From positions 1 through 64,000 of the forward strand of contig CAWFOM010000012.1 of the NCBI GenBank assembly GCA_963817385.1: a stretch of DNA of 64,000 bases. Direction: 5' to 3'. The stretch is from an uncultured delta proteobacterium (GTDB lineage: Bacteria; Desulfobacterota; Syntrophia; Syntrophales; UBA5619). The notes under the pieces were generated by a model. It was not told the DNA's origin, did no database searches, and saw only the letters and a program-made list of their open reading frames with translations. This document shows, piece after piece, positions 58,487 to 64,000 of the stretch. Position numbers and translations under genes: made by a program. The first letter of the stretch is position 1. Each line of letters opens with the position of its first letter.

Positions 58487-59437
58487 ATGGAGAAAATCCG
58501 CCTTGGCGTCAGCGCCTGCCTTCTCGGGAAAAACGTTCGTTACGACGGGGGGCATGCACTGGATCGCTTCTTGAGGGATACCCTGGGAAAGTACATTCAA
58601 TATGTGCCCGTTTGCCCCGAGGTGGAATGCGGTTTCGGCATTCCGCGGGAAACGCTCCGCCTTACGGGCGACCCGAAGCGGCCGCGCCTGGTGACGGGCC
58701 GCACGGGCATCGATCACACCGACCGCATGAAGGCCTGGGCCGCGTCTGCGGGTCGGCCGAGCTCGAGCATGAGGACCTCTCCGGGTTCATTTTTAAAAGC
58801 GGCTCTCCATCGAGCGGAATGGCGCGGGTGAGGGTATATGACGACAGGGGAGTGCCCCGAAAAGTCGGGGTGGGCGTCTTCGCCCGGATATTCATGGAGC
58901 ACTTCCCGCTGACGCCGGTTGAGGAGGATGGCCGGCTTCACGATCCGATCCTGCGGGAGAACTTCATCGATCGCATCTTTACCTGCCGGCGCTACCGCGA
59001 GATCAGGGAGGAGAAAAACCGCATCAGGAGTATTGTGGATTTTCACACGAGTCATAAACTTCTTCTCATGGCGTACAGCCCGAGGCATCTTCAGCAGATG
59101 GGTCAACTCGTAGCCCATGCCAGGGAACTCCCGGCAAAGGAACTGATCGGACGGTACGAGAGACTCCTCATGGAGGCCATGGCGCTCAAATCATCAACGA
59201 GGAAGCACACCGATGTCCTGCATCACATGATGGGCTATTTCAAGAAGAACCTCTCCGCCGATGAGAAGCAGGAACTGATCGAGGTCATTGACGAATACCG
59301 CCGGGGGACTCATCCCCCTGATCGTCCCGATAACGCTCATGAACCATTATGTGAGGAAATACCACGAACCCTACCTGAAAGGGCAAATCTATCTCAATCC
59401 CCACCCGGTGGAGTTGCAACTCCGCAACCACGTATGA
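58487..59437 (+). pseudogene. DUF523-DUF1722 fusion (YbgA/TudS-RudS-like), broken by three 1-nt insertions (pseudogene or sequence error)
   Basis: GVSACLLG..VRYDG, CPE, EEDGRL.D..LRENF, FH..HK, H..GYFK; conserved end LIPL.VP..Y..YL..Q.YL.P.P.EL.LRNHV lies in another frame. Confidence 0.85.
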
Positions 59438-59509
59438 GGGGGAAGCTTCAATAATCTTCCTCACGAAATCCATCCGGACGGTGTGTGGATTTCACAGAAG
59501 ATATCGCCT

Positions 59510-59800
59510 TTAGTGAAATTTTTGATCGCCTGCCTGGATTTCCTTAACGCGCCCGAATTGTTTCTCGTAGTTGTCAAGGCTTTCTTGCAAGGCGGTGATG
59601 ATTCTTTTAACGTGAGACGGACTCACGATGACTCTCGATACCAGATGAACGCCGTTTGGCGAGTTAAAAAGCCAATCAAGGATGAACTCATCCGCGCTAT
59701 GGGATGCAATCATGCTATTGCTGTATCTGCCCCTAGACAGCTCATCACCGGTGTTGATCTGGATTTGTTGGACTTTATCGGTTTTTGCTTGATCATCCAT
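59510..59800 (-). CDS. DUF3467-family protein
   Basis: G.YSN....HS..EF.LD..V.RV..SP.H.KR...AL......YE..FG. Confidence 0.85.
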   Translation of the reverse strand: MDDQAKTDKVQQIQINTGDELSRGRYSNSMIASHSADEFILDWLFNSPNGVHLVSRVIVSPSHVKRIITALQESLDNYEKQFGRVKEIQAGDQKFH

Positions 59801-60002
59801 AGTGACCTCCCCAGACTATCAGAAATCAAATTGACGAGGGTGCCTTTTGCCCACTATTATCCATACCATAATAATTGAGGAAACAATATTCATGATTATC
59901 GATTGCAGTCCTGCGTCGTGAGTGGCGTCGAAACGTCTGTGCGGGAGAAAAAGGGAAGAAGGAGGCCACGCATGGGGGAGCAACACGTACCGGATGAAAC
60001 TT

Positions 60003-60398
60003 TCACCAGTCGACTTTTTTGCGCTCCTTGTGTGCAAAAGCTTTCCGCACCGCAGGCACAAGTTTGTGGAGTTGGTTCTTCGCGACAAAATCTTGGGCCC
60101 CGTTGGTTAGGATCTCCGTGGCCAGATTTTCTTCCATGACGCCGGTGACAAGAATGAAGGGGACTTCTGCGCATCGAGCTTTTGCTTCAGCGAGCGCCAG
60201 CGAGCCGTTGTACTGGGGAAGGTCGTAATCGGAAAGAATTAGGTCGGGCGTGAATTCTTTAAGGGCGCACGTATAGTCTTTTTCTGTGATCACCCTTCGC
60301 GCAACAAAGTCGATTGACGCCTCTTGCAGCTCATATTCAATCAAATCGGCATCGGTTGCACAATCTTCCAGGATGAGAATGCGGAGAATTCTATCCAT
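60003..60398 (-). CDS. Single-domain response regulator receiver
   Basis: ILILED, ILSDY.LP..NG, PFILVTG, GA.DFV.K. Confidence 0.88.
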   Translation of the reverse strand: MDRILRILILEDCATDADLIEYELQEASIDFVARRVITEKDYTCALKEFTPDLILSDYDLPQYNGSLALAEAKARCAEVPFILVTGVMEENLATEILTNGAQDFVAKNQLHKLVPAVRKAFAHKERKKVDW

Positions 60399-60618
60399 AA
60401 ATGAATCTTTTCCCTCGGTAAATTAAGATTGCTCTATCTTCCTTGTTGGCAGCGTTGATTGAACGATGCCAGTGTATGGCAACGATTATCGAAATGTAAT
60501 AGGGAGTTTATCATAGTGAAGTAGTAGGCGTGAGATAGTATTTGAGTCTTTTTTGGTTGAGCAGACCACGATTGGTGAAGGAAGAAATAAACAATATGGA
60601 TCCATGCGATAAAAAATC

Positions 60619-60647
60619 TTGCATTTCCGGAAAGACTAATTCATACT
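60619..60647 (+). promoter_or_regulatory. Putative sigma70 promoter of the cold-shock gene
   Basis: TTGCAT-N17-CATACT, implying a leader of about 115 nt. Confidence 0.55.
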
Positions 60648-60768
60648 CGATCCCGGTTAATGTTCACTATCTTTCCACAGTTACCGAAATACGAGAATAC
60701 CCGCCGAATAGTTCGGCAATATTATCGGTGTTTCCAAAGAGCAATCCAATTACTAAGGAGGACGAAAG

Positions 60769-60969
60769 ATGCCAGAAGGAAAAGTTAAATGGTTTAATGA
60801 TTCAAAAGGTTTTGGTTTTATTGAGCAGGATGGAGGTAAGGACGTTTTCGTCCATCATTCCGCGATCCAGGCTGAGGGTTTCAAATCGTTGGCCGAGGGT
60901 GATCGGGTCAGCTTTGATGTTGTCAGCGGTGCAAAAGGTCCGGCTGCGGAGAATGTTCGCAAGTTGTAA
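60769..60969 (+). CDS. Cold-shock protein (CspA family)
   Basis: GKVKWFN..KGFGFI..DVFVH.SAI; RBS TAAGGAGG. Confidence 0.97.
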   Translation: MPEGKVKWFNDSKGFGFIEQDGGKDVFVHHSAIQAEGFKSLAEGDRVSFDVVSGAKGPAAENVRKL

Positions 60970-60992
60970 GACCGTATTGACATATCGATTTG

Positions 60993-61023
60993 AAAGACTC
61001 CCCATCACTGGGGAGTCTTTTTT
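60993..61023 (+). terminator. Intrinsic terminator (possibly bidirectional) between csp and TPR-OmpA
   Basis: AAAGACTCCCCA-TCAC-TGGGGAGTCTTT followed by more Ts. Confidence 0.85.
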
Positions 61024-61055
61024 ATGGAGACGTATTCATCGCGGGGCAGCTTACC

Positions 61056-61970
61056 CTATATTCCCGCGACCAGCAGCTCAACGCGTCGATTTCTTGCCTG
61101 ACCTTCTTCCGTCTCATTCGTGGCAATCGGAGAGCTTTCCCCGTAACCCCTGACGGTGATCCGCTCAGGACGGATGCCATGCTTCACGGTGAGATAGGAT
61201 TCTACGGCTTTTGCCCTTTGCAGCGAAAGATAATCGTTGTACTTTTCTGTACCGGTGCTGTCGGTATGCCCTGCTAATATGATGTTTGCTTCGGGTATTT
61301 TCTCTTTGAGGACCAGAGCGATTTCATCGAGAATGGCATGGTACTGCTCTTTGATCGTTGACATGTTAAAATCAAAGTGAATCATTGGCTCGCTCTTGGA
61401 GGATAGGTATTCATCGAGCTCGAGATACATGCCTTCCCGTTTTTTGCTTTTTTCTCCCTCGCCGGCGGTAAGCGATTGTGAGGCATCATCGCGGCTCGTG
61501 ACGGCTGCCCTCATGTCGGGGCTTTCCTTCTCTCTGCCTTTTCCCCCGCGGTTAGGAGTAAGCCATGCTTGAGCCCCTTTGTGGCCAAGATTGGCTGCTG
61601 TTCTCATATCGTCGCGGGCATTTTCGTTATTGATGATGAATGCGTGAAGCAATCCTCGCTCATAATATGCTTCAGCATTTGTCGGGTCAAGATCAATGGT
61701 CTTGTTAAAATCTGCGAGAGCTTCCATAGCGAATGTCTTATGAGAAGCCATGTATGCCTTAGCCCTTTTGAAATATGCTTCAGAATAATTTTTATCGATC
61801 TCGACAGCCGTTGTGTACATTTTTATTGCTTCTTCATAGACATTCTGCTTTTCATACTCCATACCCTTTTGAAGCCAATCTTGAGCAGTCAGCTTTTCTC
61901 TTGCCAATCCGGTCTGGCAGGAGAACAACGCAACAGCGGCAATGACAAAAAAACATTTGATTTTGTTCAT
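61056..61970 (-). CDS. Exported TPR plus OmpA-like peptidoglycan-binding protein
   Basis: Signal (possible lipobox LFSC); TPR units; I.FDF, GHTDS.G...YN..LS..RA, GYGE..P, NRRVE. Confidence 0.9.
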   Translation of the reverse strand: MNKIKCFFVIAAVALFSCQTGLAREKLTAQDWLQKGMEYEKQNVYEEAIKMYTTAVEIDKNYSEAYFKRAKAYMASHKTFAMEALADFNKTIDLDPTNAEAYYERGLLHAFIINNENARDDMRTAANLGHKGAQAWLTPNRGGKGREKESPDMRAAVTSRDDASQSLTAGEGEKSKKREGMYLELDEYLSSKSEPMIHFDFNMSTIKEQYHAILDEIALVLKEKIPEANIILAGHTDSTGTEKYNDYLSLQRAKAVESYLTVKHGIRPERITVRGYGESSPIATNETEEGQARNRRVELLVAGI

Positions 61971-61983
61971 AATGCACCTCGAA

Positions 61984-62014
61984 TTGCGGTTAAAGCATTT
62001 GCGGTTAAAGCATT
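61984..62014. repeat. Perfect 15-bp tandem duplication
   Basis: TGCGGTTAAAGCATT x2. Confidence 0.85.
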
Positions 62015-62103
62015 AGTGGCAACATCCTATCTCTTGTCGAACACTATTTCAAGTATTATCCACCGACTCCCGATGCGTATCTGACGATCCGGAGATACAC
62101 CCT

Positions 62104-63735
62104 CTATCCCAAACCGTACTCCTTGATGGCGATTTCCCTCATTTTGAATTTCTGGACCTTGCCCAAAGGGGTCATGGGAAACTCGTTGACGAATTTTATA
62201 TAGCGGGGCAGGCCGGAACCGGGGAGTTTTTCTCGGCAATAGTGAAGAATCTCATCCTGAGTGACCGAGGCGCCCTCCTCCAGTTTAATCCATGCGGCCA
62301 CGTCTTCTCCGGAGATCTTACTGGGAACCCCGAAGATCTGAACATTGGAAATCATGGGATGACTGAAGAGGATCTCTTCGATCTCTGCGGGATAGATCGT
62401 CTCTTTCCCCCGGACGATTACCTCCTTCAATCTGCCGGTTGTCCTCACATACCCGTCGCCGTCCATGGTTCCCAGATCCCCGGTATGAAGCCACCCTTCG
62501 GAATCGATGGCATTGGCGGTCGCGGCCGGCATCCTGTAGTAACCTCTCATATTCAGTCCCCTGGCGCAAATCTCGCCGATGGCGCCCGTCGGAACCTCCC
62601 GGCCGCTTTGGGGGTCGATCAGCTTCACTACTACGTTGGGGATCGGTTTCCCGACGGTGGAAACCCGCAATTCCAGGGGATCGTCCGGCCGGGTCATCGT
62701 GATCCAGGAGGAGGCTTCCGTCTGGCCGTAACCGATGACAATTTCGCGCACCCCCATCTCATCCACGACCCGCTTCATCACCTCCAGGGGACATTGTGCC
62801 CCTCCCATGATCCCGGTCCGCAGGGATCGGAGGTTACCCGGTGTATATTCCGGATGCTCCATCATGCCGATGAAGGCGCCGGGAGATCCGTAAACCGCCG
62901 TACATCGTTCTTTTGTGATCGCCTCGAGAAATTTCCCCGGATCGAAGGTTTCGGCAGGGATGATGACGGCAGCCCCCTTGATCACCGCTGCCAAGGTGAC
63001 GCAGATGCAACCGAACATGTGGGCCAACGGGACGGAAAGACAAAGCCGGTCCTTTTCCGTCAATCTCTGGTTCTCCGCACTGGCCAATGTGGTGTTGATG
63101 ATCCCGGCGTGCGTCGACATCACCCCTTTGGGCGCTCCGGTTGTTCCGGAGGTGTAGAGAAGGGTGACGACATCGTCTTCCCGGCAGGAACTCTGTCGTT
63201 CGGACAAGATGAGATCGGGAACATCCCTCCCCGACTCCAGGACCTCTTTCCATGTACGCATGCCCGGGAAGGTCTGGTCGGAGATCAGGATGAGACGCCT
63301 CAGCTCCGGCAGGGCATGGCAATCCAGGCGCCCCGGTCCGGAAGAGTCGACCTCCGGGCAGAGCTGGCGGATCATCCCGATATATTCGGCGCCCTTGACT
63401 CCTTCGGACATGATGAGGGATGCCGAATCGGACTGCTTGAGGAGGTATTCAAGCTGTTGGGGCTGGGCATTCGTATCTACACTCACCAGGACGGCGCCGA
63501 TCTTTGTTGCGGCCAACTCCGTGATGATATATTCGGATATGTTGGGCGTCCAGAGGGCCAAGTGTTCCCCATACCCAATGCCGAGTTTCAGAAATCCTCT
63601 CGCCAACTGGTTGACGATCACTGATAATTCGCGATAGGAATATCTCCGGCCCTTGGGTATATCGATCAACGCATCCCTGGCGGGGAACCGGGAGGCCACC
63701 TCATCGAATAGATCGCCGATGGTAATGCTCAACAA
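62104..63735 (-). CDS. AMP-binding acyl-CoA synthetase (ACSF2/LcfA-like)
   Basis: YTSGTTGAPKG, GYGQTE, GWLHTGDLG, GR.K, P.EIE, GKVQK; probable TTG start after GGGGAGAGG (the ORF track extends to 63864). Confidence 0.92.
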   Translation of the reverse strand: MLSITIGDLFDEVASRFPARDALIDIPKGRRYSYRELSVIVNQLARGFLKLGIGYGEHLALWTPNISEYIITELAATKIGAVLVSVDTNAQPQQLEYLLKQSDSASLIMSEGVKGAEYIGMIRQLCPEVDSSGPGRLDCHALPELRRLILISDQTFPGMRTWKEVLESGRDVPDLILSERQSSCREDDVVTLLYTSGTTGAPKGVMSTHAGIINTTLASAENQRLTEKDRLCLSVPLAHMFGCICVTLAAVIKGAAVIIPAETFDPGKFLEAITKERCTAVYGSPGAFIGMMEHPEYTPGNLRSLRTGIMGGAQCPLEVMKRVVDEMGVREIVIGYGQTEASSWITMTRPDDPLELRVSTVGKPIPNVVVKLIDPQSGREVPTGAIGEICARGLNMRGYYRMPAATANAIDSEGWLHTGDLGTMDGDGYVRTTGRLKEVIVRGKETIYPAEIEEILFSHPMISNVQIFGVPSKISGEDVAAWIKLEEGASVTQDEILHYCREKLPGSGLPRYIKFVNEFPMTPLGKVQKFKMREIAIKEYGLG

Positions 63736-63888
63736 TTTCCTCTCCCCTTTCTGTGCGCCAAAGAGCGCGGAAAAATCGATTACCTCATCCAAGGCCGCCT
63801 CATGTGCATGGGTCTCTAATTGAATCCGGATCCCCCGGCCGATAGAGAGGGTGGTGAGCGTCATGAAGACGGCGCAGGCGGAGTGTGA

Positions 63889-63917
63889 AGAATACGAAGA
63901 GTAGCCTTACGTGTCAA
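63889..63917 (-). promoter_or_regulatory. Sigma70 promoter of the acyl-CoA synthetase
   Basis: TTGACA-N17-TATTCT on the minus strand. Confidence 0.7.
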
Positions 63918-64000
63918 GGAGATTTATAAAAAGGAGATTTTAATAAAAAGGGACGGACCATCATGTTCGGATAAATGGTTGCCGCCCCCATCTACGAAAA

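Noticed and set aside
58354..59454. 366-aa ORF as an independent gene or a programmed frameshift
   Set aside because: It is the middle frame of the broken DUF523-DUF1722 gene; the first two shifts have no slippery site
60003..60398. Receiver domain as a truncated hybrid kinase
   Set aside because: No kinase or PAS remnant is readable downstream, and single-domain receivers are common
1..64000. tRNA, rRNA, CRISPR arrays, IS elements, integrases, selenocysteine read-through
   Set aside because: None recognised by eye; TGA stops coincide with expected protein ends. tRNAscan-SE, Infernal and ISEScan would be needed to exclude them formally

Overview
Bacterial chromosomal window, probably from an anaerobic deltaproteobacterium (Desulfobacterota, Syntrophales-like; taxonomy inferred from ribosomal-protein sequences and gene content, not searched). 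1-10.6 kb: 3' part of the S10, spc and alpha ribosomal operons (rplP to rplQ, with secY, map, infA and an rpmJ that the ORF track missed). 10.7-19 kb: housekeeping genes (class II phosphodiesterase, folC, lptD, rplM-rpsI, argC, cysS). 19-64 kb: accessory and catabolic mosaic containing a heterodimeric ABC exporter, a Dpp/Opp importer, a Zn-dehydrogenase/glycyl radical enzyme/activase operon, a Tat-lipoprotein Fe-S subunit with a tungsten AOR-family enzyme, a divergent TTT-transporter catabolic cluster, a divergent metK, a UxaA/SAF pair with an MFS transporter, a frameshifted DUF523-DUF1722 gene, a cold-shock gene, a TPR-OmpA gene and an acyl-CoA synthetase. Best candidates for novelty: (1) a glycyl radical enzyme whose Cys loop reads GCLH instead of the usual GCxE; (2) a SAM-II-like riboswitch with a terminator/antiterminator platform upstream of a divergent metK; (3) a probably periplasmic, lipid-anchored tungsten oxidoreductase; (4) an orphan catabolic operon with a one-cysteine 'racemase'; (5) a TTGACA-NN-YAAG promoter signature shared by four catabolic or transport operons. 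No rRNA, tRNA, CRISPR array or intact mobile element was seen.
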